This document shows, piece after piece, positions 26,904 through 39,510 of a stretch of DNA of 64,000 nucleotides. Position 1 is the stretch's first letter. The number at the start of each line of letters is the position of its first letter. Origin of the DNA: Balanoglossus misakiensis (lineage: Eukaryota; Animalia; Hemichordata). Under the pieces are notes generated by a model, which made no database searches, was not told the DNA's origin, and saw nothing but the letters and a program-made list of their open reading frames with translations. Position numbers and translations under genes: made by a program. The stretch covers positions 700,859 through 764,858 of the forward strand of contig CM082597.2 of NCBI GenBank assembly GCA_040954595.2, in the 5' to 3' direction.

Positions 26904-29248
26904 ATGCGCCTTTTCGTCTTTGCAATCTTTCTCAGTGCCGCATCGGCGGTCGAAGTTCCCTATTTGCAGTCGGTTGGTGGCGACGCATTGCCAAACAGCT
27001 ACGTTATCCAGCTCAAGGTAAAATTCCTTCCACATTCAACATTTGGCAAGAGCATCATGCTCACTACATACAGTGACCCATTGCATTTTATACACTGACA
27101 AAACTATTATAACATAATTGTAACACACATGACCACTTTAATTCTGCTTGACCTTCTAGGATGGTGTTGATGTCGATCTGTTCAGCCATATACTCCAGAG
27201 CCAGGTGGCCGTCGATATTAAATATGTCTACACAAAAGCTCTGAATGGTTTGGCCATTGAAACCATGGATTTGCCAAGCGTAAGTTCTACTCTGTACAAA
27301 TTCGATCCTGTACAAACTTTCAAACAACATTCTTCCCACCACACTTGCCCCACGTAGGCTTCAGTAATTCATCCTCCATGCAGTAGTTCCCTGAGTGTTT
27401 TGTTATCATGATTCTTGTACAAGCAAATGTTTGTATATTATGTGCTTTTAAAAAATAAACCCACCATTTCTTGTACTTGAAGGTTCGCACATTTGATGAG
27501 ATCAAAGTTGTGGAAGACAACATCCGGGTCAGAAAAGTTGTCGAATGGGGAATGGACCGAATCGACCAAAGGAATCTGCCACTGGACGGACTTATGCTTC
27601 TGCACGGTAAGTTGGGGCCAAAATGGCGGATAATTCTGACTACTCCATGATGTGGATCACGTGACCTATCGATACGGATCACGTGACCGATTCTCTGATT
27701 CTGCAAGTAAGACTAGTGACGCAATATGCACTTTTAATACACTTTTTCTTCAATCTAGTGCCCTCGTGTAGCCATTATGAATTTGAACTCAAAGCGAGGC
27801 CGATTGGCATCCATGCAAAATTAATAACAGTTTCTTGATTTTTGACGCTAGCGGACGGACTTGGTGCAAACATCTACGTTGTTGACAGCGGAATCCGCTA
27901 CACCCATGAACAGTTTGGCGGTCGTGCCTCCTACTTCTGGGATTACAATCCTTCCAACGGAGTGAGTTTGTTTTTACTGCAATTTAGTGAACATTTCATG
28001 AATCTATGACATTAAAAAGGCATAAAGGTGTATTATTCTGTAGAGGATTAGCCTTTTCATCGTCACAGCAAGAAACAAACCAAACCAAACTTTTCTAACC
28101 AAGATACGTTTAATACACACACAGGGAAACGACTGCGACGGTCATGGAACTCATTGTTCTGGAACCGCTGCTGGTAATACAGTCGGTATTGCACCCAAGG
28201 CTTTACTGTTCAGTGTGAGAGTTCTCGACTGCCAAGGATCTGGATACATATCCGACATTGTGGCGGGTGAGAATTTTGTTCATTTGCGAGAATTGAACAG
28301 CAGACCACATTTTTGTCTGCATCAAGGATGAGGGAAATAAATTGACGATTGGCCGTCGTTGTTTGCATTTCTTGGCTACTGAATAACGTATGGTATCTAC
28401 ATGTGATTGAAGCCGCGGTTTGCCATGTCGACATTGCTTGATGAATAATTAGGACCTACTTTTCGCCTTTTCAGGTCTTAACGAAATTATCACCAACGGT
28501 GCAGACCCAACAAAGAGTGTTTGTTCCCTGTCTGTTGGCAGCGGTCCAAACAACGCCTTCGACGACGCAGTCAGGAACACCATTCTTGCCGGATACACGG
28601 TGTCCGTCGCCGCTGGAAATTCGAATGGAAACGCCTGCTTTGAATCTCCCAGTAGAGTCGATGAAGTAAGTAGACGATGCCATGAGTATGACCTTTGCCC
28701 CCAAAGTGACGTCACCAACGACTGATAAGTATGATAACACTGTTATTGCATTCTTTACAGTGTATCACTGTTGCAGCCACTGACAGTACCGACACACGCG
28801 CATCATTTTCCAACTTTGGCACCTGCGTCGATCTCTTTGCCCCTGGTGTTAATGTCAGAAGTAGTACACAGGTCTGCGATACTTGCTACGCTACTTGGAG
28901 TGGAACTTCTATGGCCTGCCCCCATGTGACAGGTAATCTTTTTAGTTTCGTCTTTGTCACGAATTCGTCACCTGGTCAGTACGGACAACATGCGCAGCCA
29001 GACCAAAAGTTGCTATAGTAATTTAGATTGCATCCTACTTCATTAAAATGGCCTGTTGGATGTGTTACTATTCGCTTTTATGGCTAACTATTTCTACTCA
29101 TTTACTTGTAGGTATTGCAGCAATTCACCTGGCTGATGGTCACTGTACAGACAATACTTCTTGCAAGACCGAAATCCTCGCGGAAGCTACTGCGGGTGTT
29201 GTCACAGATCCAAGCAATTCTCCAAACCTTCTCGCATATTGCGACTAG
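26904..29248 (+). CDS. Secreted subtilisin-like serine protease (S8A, aqualysin/proteinase K-like), copy 2; 8 coding exons
   Basis: Same intron positions as copy 1. Signal peptide [53 protein letters not shown]. Confidence 0.95.
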
Positions 29249-29999
29249 CTTGAGTAGGCCTACACTGTGAATGAGTTTATTAGCATCATTTACCTTAGAC
29301 GCCGTTTCTCCACCTGTTACATTTCAAGCACATGGTTCCCATAAATATGATTCATTCCTTGACTCTTAAAGCATGTTGAATATTAAAATAAATTTAAAAT
29401 CAACTACAAGCAAGTGTATTTTTCTTTATTTCTCGTCATCTGACAAACTTCGAGGCCATTATTGGCTTTGAATTGTAAATACACGTCTCAGTGCTCAAAC
29501 GCAAGGACACTGTTCCCGGGGCCAGACTGGTTAAGAAAACAAAAACCGATGTTGTTTGAAAATTTCGGAAGCGTTATAGGTTTAAATCTTTTCTGTTTAT
29601 CGCACTATGTTTATATCGGTCACCAAGCAACGACGCCGACGGACCAATAAACCCCATTCCAAAGCCCATATTGTATTATTGCTGCCCTTTGTAGAGGCCG
29701 CTAATTCATCATTACCTCAGGATGTGGAAAGCCCTACTATTGACCGGCGATTTGCTATGTGGAATCAACTATTATCAAATAAATGCATTTTTCGAAATGC
29801 ACACTAAGTCTTGGTATACCACGGGTGAGATTTCATTCATGGCACGTAATCTATCGACGGACGATTATGGTTTTCATCATCATCCATTTAAAACCTGCAG
29901 CAAAAAGTCCAATTTTTGAAAAGGAAAGTAAATCAAAGGACATCCATATTAGCCATTTCACCAGAACACTGCTTCGTCACAACCTCGCCAGATTTCGAC

Positions 30000-31289
30000 A
30001 TGGGTAGCGGGAGTTCGAAACCTGTCTCTGCGCGTTCACCGACGCCTCCAATAACCCCTCGGATACCAGTCAGCGTACAAACAAGGTACATAAAAAAGTT
30101 TCATTGAGTTTGATGTAAGGTAGCGTCCTTAGATTAATCTCTTCAAATGTTTCATGTCTTAAAATAGTCTCACCCTTATCTCCCCTGTATTCATTTTTTT
30201 CTACGAAGGCCTTTGGACGAATGCGGTTTCTGCAAAACGAAAGAAGCGACCGGTTTTTGTGTCGACTGCGGAGTGCTCCTCTGCCGGCAATGTACGAATC
30301 ACCACAACGAGGCAAGCGTACTGAGGAAACACGACAAGATTCCGCTGGCTACGTACAAAACTAAGAGACAGCTGCTGTCTAAGTATGTTCGTCCGAGTGT
30401 GTGTTCGCAACATGCAGGTAATGAAATGACCTACTACTGCAGTCATTGCCAAGTGGCCATGTGCGTCGTGTGTGCCGAGTACATCCACAAAGCTCCCCCT
30501 CATCGACACATAACTTTGATCGACGCACTGGTGCAAAAACACAAGGCTTTGGAGGAGAATATAGAGAGAGTTAAACAAAAGAAGCAGACGATGATAAACA
30601 TGAAATCTGACCTGACAAGCTTCCGGAGAGAGAATGTGACAGATGGCGACGATCTCAAAACGACGGTACAGGTTCACACACAGAAAATCATCAGCAAGTT
30701 GAAGCAAACGATCGACGATCTGCAAACAGAAAGCGAGAAATTGGTCAAAGATCTCGAGAAGGGACAGCAATCAAAAATGGACTTTGCCAAAGAGAAAGAA
30801 AGAGAGATTAAGATTTGTGTCACAGATTGCGAGAAGCAGCTACGACATGCGAATGACCTACTGGAAAACAGCAATGATACCGGATTTCTTCGAGCTGTCG
30901 ACAAGATATGCGAATCGCTCAAGACAGTGTCTGACCACGAAGTGCGACATAACCCGGAGTCGAAAACGCGATTTAGTCCGATTGACGACGCTATCGAGGC
31001 GGCAAGGAAGGGGAAGATTGGTTGGCTGGTAACTGAGGAGCGTGGGACGACGAAACAGGAGAGGTTAAAGATCACGAGGAATGATCCTCGACGTGAATGG
31101 GGCAACGCCGGCAACTCACGAGAAGACACCGAACGACCCCATGCCTCAAGTTCACGGTCTGATTGGAATCGCCTTTTGGAATCTCAAAGGGGGCGACTTC
31201 AGTGCAAATCCAGCTGTTCGTCGGATTCACCAAAGAGGGAAGAATGGTATCTCAAATATGTCCATCCTAACTGGGGAGAGCTTGTGTAA
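30000..31289 (+). CDS. RING-less TRIM-like B-box1/B-box2/coiled-coil protein 1 with N-terminal MGSGSS; exons 30000-30085 and 30209-31289
   Basis: Exon 1 MGSGSSKPVSARSPTPPITPRIPVSVQTR joins in frame across a phase-2 GT-AG intron to CGFC..CVDC..CRQC..HH (B-box1), C..H...YYC..C...MCVVC...H...H (B-box2) and a heptad-rich coil. Confidence 0.88.
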
Positions 31290-31851
31290 CAATTACAACA
31301 ATGTATTTTGGACTTAATTTTTTTCTCACTGGCAGACGGCTGGTATGATAATCACATCTTTGGTTGGCGTGTTACTACCTATGAATGAAAATCAACAAAC
31401 CTTATGTATAGAAACTTTATTGAACATTTTTCTGTCCAACTTTTTACAATATAAACCCTTTCGTTTACATTTTAATATAAATCAGCCTGAGAAACGCTTA
31501 GTAAACCACTCATCTTGATTCTAATCTAATACATGTACAAAGTTTCGGAAATTAAAGTGTAAAACTTAACAGTGTAAATGTCTCTTTCTTTAAGAGCGAT
31601 TTTGTAAATCAGACAATTTGATATCAGTGCAGCCTCAAGGCTCATCTTCTATAGTTTTGTAAAAACAGAACAATGTAATATCTTAGTGCTCAAAATGAAA
31701 TGTAATGTTAACATGATTTTTATATAAATAAATCTCCAATAAATTGTCAGTGTAACCTTTTCCATTCATCTTATATTCTGTAACGGTCTTCAGATGCTCC
31801 ATTAAAAGTATGTTTTGTATCAGTATATATGGCTGCCCGGCAGCCATTTTA

Positions 31852-33224
31852 TTATTTCTTCTCCAATGCAGAAAAATTCGCCCAATAAGAAGCCCAGCCA
31901 GAAGACCTCTTTGAACCTTTAGACTGTTTCTTGTTTTGCCGATGTTTGGTCTCTGAATCCCAGCTTCGAGTGCTCCGTGGACTTTCCACTTGTTCTGACA
32001 TTCCAGTGTTGTTGCTATTAGTAACCGTGTTGTTGCTATTAGTAACCAGACGACCAACCTTTCCTCTCCTCACTGCTTCTGTGGCGCTATCGATTGGCGC
32101 GAACTGCAAACCCTGACCCAGGTTCCCACAGACCTCTTGTTCCGAAGCAGCCTTCAGAGACGCACAGATCTCATCCACAGCTAACAGAAATCCAATGTCG
32201 TTGCTGTGTTCAAGCAGATCATTCGCATCCTGCATGGATCTATCAAATCGCCAGACGCACGATCTACTTTCTGCTTCTGTTGTCTTGGCAACTTCTCCCA
32301 GAGCCTGTCCTCTCATTTCTATCTCCCTGACAAGGTTGTCCCCGTCTGCTTGTAGATCTTCAATCGCATGTCTCAGCTTGGCCACAAGTTTCTTGGTGTG
32401 TGCCTGGACAGCGTGTTTCAGATCTGAACTGTCCGAGGCAGAAGGGTCTTGAGATGTGAACACGTGTCTCTTCTGTTTCAGAATAGCTATATGCTCATTC
32501 AATTCCTTGTGTTTCTGTATAAGTGCATTGATGAGCGTTGTGTGTTTATGCAATGGCGGCTTGTGGTTGTACTCGGCACACACAACGCACATGGGAACAC
32601 CACAGCTCTTGCAGTAATACGTCATCTCATTTCCCTCATGGAATCTGCAACCAACAGGACTGACGTACCTGGAAAGGATGTGCTGTTTATTTCGGTAAAC
32701 AGCCAGCGGCATTTTGTCGTGTTTCTTCAGTAGCATAGCTTCATTGTGGTGACGTGTGCAGTCATCGCAGATCAGAACGCCGCAGTCCACGCAGAAGCTT
32801 ATCGCTACTCTGGTCTTACAAAATCCACACTCGTCGTAGTGGGCGCCAGATTGTAGAGACCTTTGTGGAAAAAAAGACGAACACTTATATTATACATTAA
32901 TTAATTCATATTAATACTCTAAGACTTCAATTATACCCATCTGTATTTCAAAGTTCATAGATCAAATATGACTGTTACCTGGTCTCAAAGACAAACACAC
33001 AACAATGTAGCACAGGTCAACCAACAACAACAACAACACACACACACACACACACACAATAACACCACCAATACGACTACTAATGATGACAATTATTCTT
33101 CTAATCAACAAACAATTTAAACAAATTTGTATCCGCACCTTGTATGAGCACTGGGGGATTCCCAGGCCGGGTAGAAGGGACTCGACATCTCAGTATCGAA
33201 TTCACTGGAGCTTCCACAACCCAT
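31852..33224 (-). CDS. RING-less TRIM-like B-box/coiled-coil protein 2 with N-terminal MGCGSS; exons 33224-33139 and 32860-31852
   Basis: Exon 1 MGCGSSSEFDTEMSSPFYPAWESPSAHTR (86 nt, same length as in paralog 1) joins in frame to SLQSGAHYDECGFCK. Clear paralog of 30000-31289. Confidence 0.88.
32006..32047. repeat. Perfect in-frame 21-bp tandem duplication (VTNSNNT x2) inside B-box gene 2
   Basis: GTGTTGTTGCTATTAGTAACC occurs twice in tandem. Confidence 0.95.
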
Positions 33225-34502
33225 TTCGTTGTGAAGTTGCCGGAGACACACTGGATGCAAGAAAAAAAAATGCAAGTTACATGTCAATAACAGGGTAACA
33301 AGCAGTAATTGGTCATTTTTGTCAGATACTCGCCGTAAACGCGTCACTCACATCACACATGGGCATTTCTGTTGGCCTTTCCGCGTCAGGTATGAAATAA
33401 TATGAAATAAAAATGTGAAATCCTTCGGAATATGAAACATTTGAAAGAACTTATAGTTGATACTTACCGAGAATCAAGTCGGGTAACGCAATAAACGTCG
33501 TGACTACAAGCGTGTGAACCGTCAGAGAAAACGCACGAACAATTTATTCGACGACAGACTTGCATTCGTTCTCAAATACAGCTTAGTCTCAGTTTTCAGG
33601 GATCGAGGCATTCACAAAACACTACTTCAAGAGAGTGCAACAAAATGGCTGAAATTCAAGACCCGGATTTAAGACGACAAAGCCTCGCCATGGGCATAGA
33701 CGAATCCAACTATTGAATTTAAGAAATGGACAATAAAGTGTTGGATATAAGTGTATCAGTAACCAAGGCTTAACAATAAGAATAGAGAAAACTAGATTAC
33801 AAACATAGACCTTCAGTGCCTTTTCTCACGTTGCCAGCTTGACAACCTTCCCAGCTGTCACCGCGGTTCGCTCGGTGTCATGGCTATGCACATGCGCCAG
33901 GTGTTCTGATCCTTACTCTGCAGGCATTGTTGCCAGGTAACCGAAGTAAACAAAGAGAAATGTCCAATCATATTTAAGAACTATCCCTTGTCGAACTGAA
34001 CCAAGTGCGACAACATGTGTACTGGAAAACATGGCAGTAAATTATTACTGCAAAATAAAACCAAATGAGGCGCAAGCATTTTGATTTATAAATCATTTAT
34101 TTGAATTTTGAAACGATTACAATGATTGCACAGCAGATCACACGTTTAGTACATAGAATAAGAATGATATTGTAAATACCAGTAAATATAGAGGAACTAT
34201 GCATTTGTAATCAGCGTAAGATATGCAGCGGGGGACGGTATATAGGAGTAGGTAAATACCAAACATCTCAATGGAAGCTATGTTAAAATTGTATTTGGTT
34301 GAACAGTCGTTTTTCAGGAATATAATGGATATTTACTAGTCTCATAAGTCTAGATTAAAACTGGAAAAATCATGGACGGAAAAAGCGCACAGTATTATAA
34401 TTACTTGGTCTTGTATGTCAGTCTCCAGAAATCATATATCATACTAATGTTATGACATGGAATATCCCAGCTACCCAGTTTCAGCATAGGAAGGTTGTAC
34501 TT

Positions 34503-36043
34503 CTACCAGTCGTCAGATGTCTCTACCTTGGCTGTATTGTCCGTGGGAGGCGCTGTATCTCCTTGATTGGATGTCACGGTGCCTGGTCTACTGCCTGCTT
34601 TGGACTTGCTTCTGGCAGACACGTTCGTTCCTGGTCTGGATTTGCCGACGCTCGAAGCCTTGGACGCGGGTCTGCCATTGCTGGTCACGGACATCATTGT
34701 GTTTGGTCGTAGGCCTGCCTCCATGATCTTTTGTTCTTCTTCGTTCAGGTTGAAACCATTGGTCTGTGGAGCTGTCACCATGTAGTTGTTGTTGTTGCTG
34801 TGGGTGGTGTCTGGCCGGAAGTTCTGTCCACTTTGGCGCGATGAAGATGACGACCGGCTTGATTCATCTGCTCTTGATGACCTTCCGGGGAAATTCTTCG
34901 TGTACCCGTTGCCAGAGTTGTTGCTTCCAGTCACCACTTTCCCTACAACGTTGATGGGCATAGACTCAATGATAACCTCGTTTGGCACGAACTCGTAAGT
35001 AACAGGGGCATCCACAGTGATGTCCTTACTGGTCTCCAGTTTCAGTCTGGCGATGTATTTATTAACGGACAACAGAAATCCAATCTCGTTGCTGGAAGTC
35101 ACCATGACCCTAGTCTTCTCCATCTCGTACTCCATCTTGGTCAGGTGTTTGTTGATCTCTGACGTCATGTCATCCAGCATTCTCGTGTTCTTCTGCTGCA
35201 TCTGCACGACCTGTTTAGTCAGGTTCTCTCCATGCATCTGCAACTGTATGATCATCTGGTGCAGTCTATTGGTCAGCTGGTCAGTGTGATCCTTGATGAG
35301 ACCCACCGTCACTTGACCTTTCTCAGAACTCTTCTGGCGCTCATCAATGACCTTTGTTCGCAAGGTCAACCAATCTCTCTTCTTACTCTCGCTTGCCTTC
35401 AGGGCCTCTTGGATCTCTCCCTTCTTCCTTTCTCTGCCAGCGATAAGCGTCAGGTGCTGGTGTCTTGGCTTGGTGTGGTTATACTCAGCACAGACCATGC
35501 ATATGGGAATACTACACGTGTTACAGTAGTAGGTCAGTTCATTGCCGGCATGTACGTGGCATATCAGAGATTTCACGTATTGGTCAATGGTGGCTCTCTG
35601 AAGCTTGTAGTCCTCGTAGGTGATCAGACGATGTTTCTTCAACAGGTTGGCGTCTTCGTGGTGTGATCTGCAGTCCTGGCACATCTGCACAGCGCAATCA
35701 GTGCAGTACATCTGAGATGGTTTGGATCTGCAGAGAACGCACTGGTCTTTGAGAAGGAGTCGTTCTTCTGTTGTTGGTCGGTACGAGATGGTGGTGCTAC
35801 TGGTCTTTGGTGGTTCTGGTAGAGGCGTTGGATCCACAAGGATTATTGGTGAAGGGGAATACATGTTGTAAGGATGAGGAGAATCTTCCCTCTCCATTCC
35901 AGGCTCTGCCTGCATCCCCCTGTGGAAAACATTAAAACAGTGCTATAAAATCCGTGACTACAATGATGAAGACATTTCATGATGGCGGTCTGTTGAGACA
36001 GACAGACAGACAGAGACACAGAGAGAGAGATGAGTGAGTGAGT

Positions 36044-36127
<84 letters not shown>

Positions 36128-36259
36128 AATTGTAAACACTAACGTGTCAATGTAGCTGGATATAAAAATGTAGAAGCGCATAAGAAAAAAATATCCTTAC
36201 TGTGACTCCACCCACTTGACATCTTTCTTCTCATCGACTTGAGAACTTCCGCTTCCCAT
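34503..36259 (-). CDS. RING-less TRIM-like B-box/coiled-coil protein 3 with N-terminal MGSGSS; exons 36259-36201 and 35919-34503
   Basis: Exon 1 MGSGSSQVDEKKDVKWVES(Q), donor CA|GTAAGG, phase 2, joins in frame to GMQAEP. Two B-boxes, coiled coil, SNEIGFL motif shared with the paralogs, and a long Ser/Asn-rich tail. Confidence 0.88.
35995..36128. repeat. (AG)n/(ACAG)n microsatellite in the intron of B-box gene 3
   Basis: Long AG run flanked by GACA units. Confidence 0.95.
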
Positions 36260-38669
36260 GTTTACGTCAGAGCAATATCAGCGTCTACAATATAAGACAA
36301 AAATATCAGGGTTGTCAACCAAATCGGGATATTTATTATGCTGTTGCAATTACATCACTAATTTACCCATTATACGAAACGTCAAATGATTTTGTCATAT
36401 TTCTTCACCTCCCTTGCCTGCCAACAAATACATTGATGATAAATTTCTACTAACACAACAATTTTATCGATTTCTTATCAACACAGTTTGTTTTGGAGAC
36501 TGTTACCAAAACCTTATACATACTATGACCTGACTCTTACGTGCGTGATTTGAAACTCCGCGAGAGAAAAAAAATAGCCTAATTCATCGTTTTCTATGGA
36601 AAAGTTGGACCTCAAAACAGGAAAATGGGGGATATGACCGCTATCGAACGAACACTACATGTAATATGCTTTTAATTTACTCAGGGTATTAGCAATTGGG
36701 ATTTCCTTATCAGATGAGAGCCCCTCTCTTCATCAGCTCCTAATAAATACTCGTTTGATAGAGTCTTGCGTGACATGGAGCGGACTTATTTGATCTACTT
36801 ATCGGATCATGGTACGTGTGATTTAGTAAGTAGCTCAGATATTCGTCATGTTATCTCATAGTTTAGACACTATAGTCAATAGTCATTAATTATAATCACA
36901 GCTATTGTATAGGCGTCCAGTTATCGCTGGACTTTGATGATATGCCGGTGCTTTCGTTTTGTTTGGTACTGTATGTTTGGCATACGCGCCATCGCCATGG
37001 TGATCAGCGATAGAGATTAGCGTTTCTCTGCCACGTCTCGCCAAGCGTGCAATTCAGTCGGCAAACACGGAAGGTAAAACTACCTTTGGGTCACACAAAA
37101 TTACAAAATATCTGAGAAAACCCCCAAAACGACAAAATGTCTACATGAATATGGAATGAACCCAATATCCATCGAATTGTCAAAAGGCCATGTTATTATT
37201 ATAAAGACATGAAGCAGTGACTATCTTTCCTAGTGAGTAATTACGTCGCAACGCCATCTTTTCTCGTTGCCTCTGTCGTCACCCTCTCAATTCTCACTCT
37301 TCCCCTCTTTCTCTGAAGTCGTTGCTAAATTTCCTTGTATATTTTGAGCTTCTTCAATCTCACGAATAATCAAGTAGCTATATAGTGAATGACATGTTGG
37401 GAGTTATGTCTCATTTGTTGAAGTTCTTTTAAGTTCTTTCACTTTACACTTGTAAACTTCAAAGTACTAGGGAAGTCAAAATTAGCAGAAGTGTTTATCG
37501 ACAAGTCACTGATGTACTTTCTGTTTAATGTACCACGACAGGTAATTATTATACAATACAGATTGTTTAATCAAATTATTGGCAACGCTGTGAAATCACA
37601 TCAACTTGAAGTTTGAGAAATTCGAGTACGTTTTTCGAAAAAAAATACGCTACCACAATCAACTGTCAGCCCTTCAGCCAAATCGTTAATGAAAAAAGCA
37701 TCAATTCAATTCTCATACACATTTACCACGTACATAATGGAAACGTTTACTCACCTACTGTCACCCCGAAACAGCACTGGACGATGCTCTCCGGCCAAAA
37801 GTGGAGGCTGGTCTCTTCAATCCCGTTTTGCAGCGTGGCAGTTGTGTGTTAATTAATGATTAGTCAATCATTATCGGTGATGTATGATCAACTGATGGGG
37901 TGAACGCGGGGGTCACTGCACATCGATAAGACCATTTCGTGATTCGATTTATATCATCCCGGGAAGCTTAACATATTTCCCAGGGTGTGTCAATGAAATA
38001 TTTAGTTTTACGAATTTTCCTGGAATCTAACACCGAGAGCTTAAGTTATAAGACGGATTAAGTGGGAGAGACAGGTTTCCACGACAACGCTGAGCAAGGT
38101 GTCATTTAAAAAAATAAATTATGCAGGGGAAAGGTGTTTTTATCGCACTGCCAGTTGCTAGTTTAAGTGTTTTTTAAATCTCTACCCGAAGATATTGCGC
38201 AAGCTTGATCTGAGAGTAATTTATAAAATGCAGATGTCATTACAGTACCAAAAGTTGAAGTCATAAGTATGGGTGACGTATAGTAAATAAACTCGCAATG
38301 AAGCTTGTGAAATAAGAAAGAAGTTGTATTACAGATGTTGATGGCGCTATTCGTAACAATTATCAGGTTACACGATCGAGTTCTGTATCACAAAAACAGC
38401 TTTGATACGCTCTGCTGTAGAATGCAGAAAATGAATTGACTGACTGACTGACTGCTTGATTGATTGATTGATTGACCTAAATTTCGCCTGGCTGGCATAC
38501 ATACTTTGTCGTTTATGCAAGGATGATGCCATGCCTTGTGACTGGCCTACATTCGCAAGTTGGCATGGGGCTTGCCATGAATGGTAGAAGTCTCACCTTA
38601 GGTGCATTTCCGGATATGATGTCAGCATGATGTTTACAACTCACTCGGGTCACTGTAGTGAATTACACG

Positions 38670-38903
38670 ATGTGGTCACTTCTGTCCATTGTCAATATCA
38701 TTTCGAGCATTTTCGCCGCCACGGCATGTTTGTACAGCACTGCCAGTCACCATTGGTTGGAAAACACGTCATCAAACGTTGCTATCGGACTATGGGAGAA
38801 GTGTTCGCACCCTGATCATGACCAAGTCATCAAGTGTGTCTCGACAAGGAAAGAAAACAGAGACAGAAAAAGACAGCTTCAAGATTCGCGCTACACTGAA
38901 TGA
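38670..38903 (+). pseudogene. Truncated claudin/PMP22/EMP-superfamily ORF (TM1 + ECL1 only, 77 aa)
   Basis: MWSLLSIVNIISSIFAATACLYSTASHHW...GLWEKC...C carries the W-GLW-C-C signature, then a charged tail and a stop. I found no donor or downstream TM2-4 exons. Confidence 0.6.
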
Positions 38904-39510
38904 AGCCATCACGATGTCTTCGCGAGACAATCAACGGCCAACGTGGCAAAGTGGGGGTTCTTTATATAGTGGACACCAGGTGTTATGCACAAACCGCACC
39001 AGGTGCAAATGGACCAATAGTGAGGTGTGTAATTGCCGCATTTAATTAAAATAAACCGGTGTAAGCGCGCAGGCGTGACAAACACAAACTGGCTCTACAG
39101 AAACGACATGCACCAAGCGTATATCCAAATTTTATATTCAACTGTCACACCTATCAGGTTGGAAGTTAGTACAATATACTCTATATTACATAAAGAGAAG
39201 AAAAACAACCGGGGAAATAGCAAAAATAATCGACAGAGAAACAGGCATTATCTGGCATAGAACTACCGAGAATTTTGACTTCAAAATGTGTATAAATATA
39301 AAATGTAACCCTCACTACGGGTACACATGAGAAAAATGGAAATATCACTGATCGAAAATGAATGTTACATTCGTCTCAATCACTGCTGGGAACCAGATAG
39401 CGGTGATATCGATTATCCAAAGTACAGCTAGAAGCAAACTGTCTTGATGGTGGTTTCAACGAAACCTTGAATAATTTCGACGATAGCTGGGCAACTTTAC
39501 AAGCGACACA

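Noticed and set aside
30201-35666. Long antisense ORFs over the B-box genes
   Set aside because: Shadow frames of real coding exons with no recognisable motifs.
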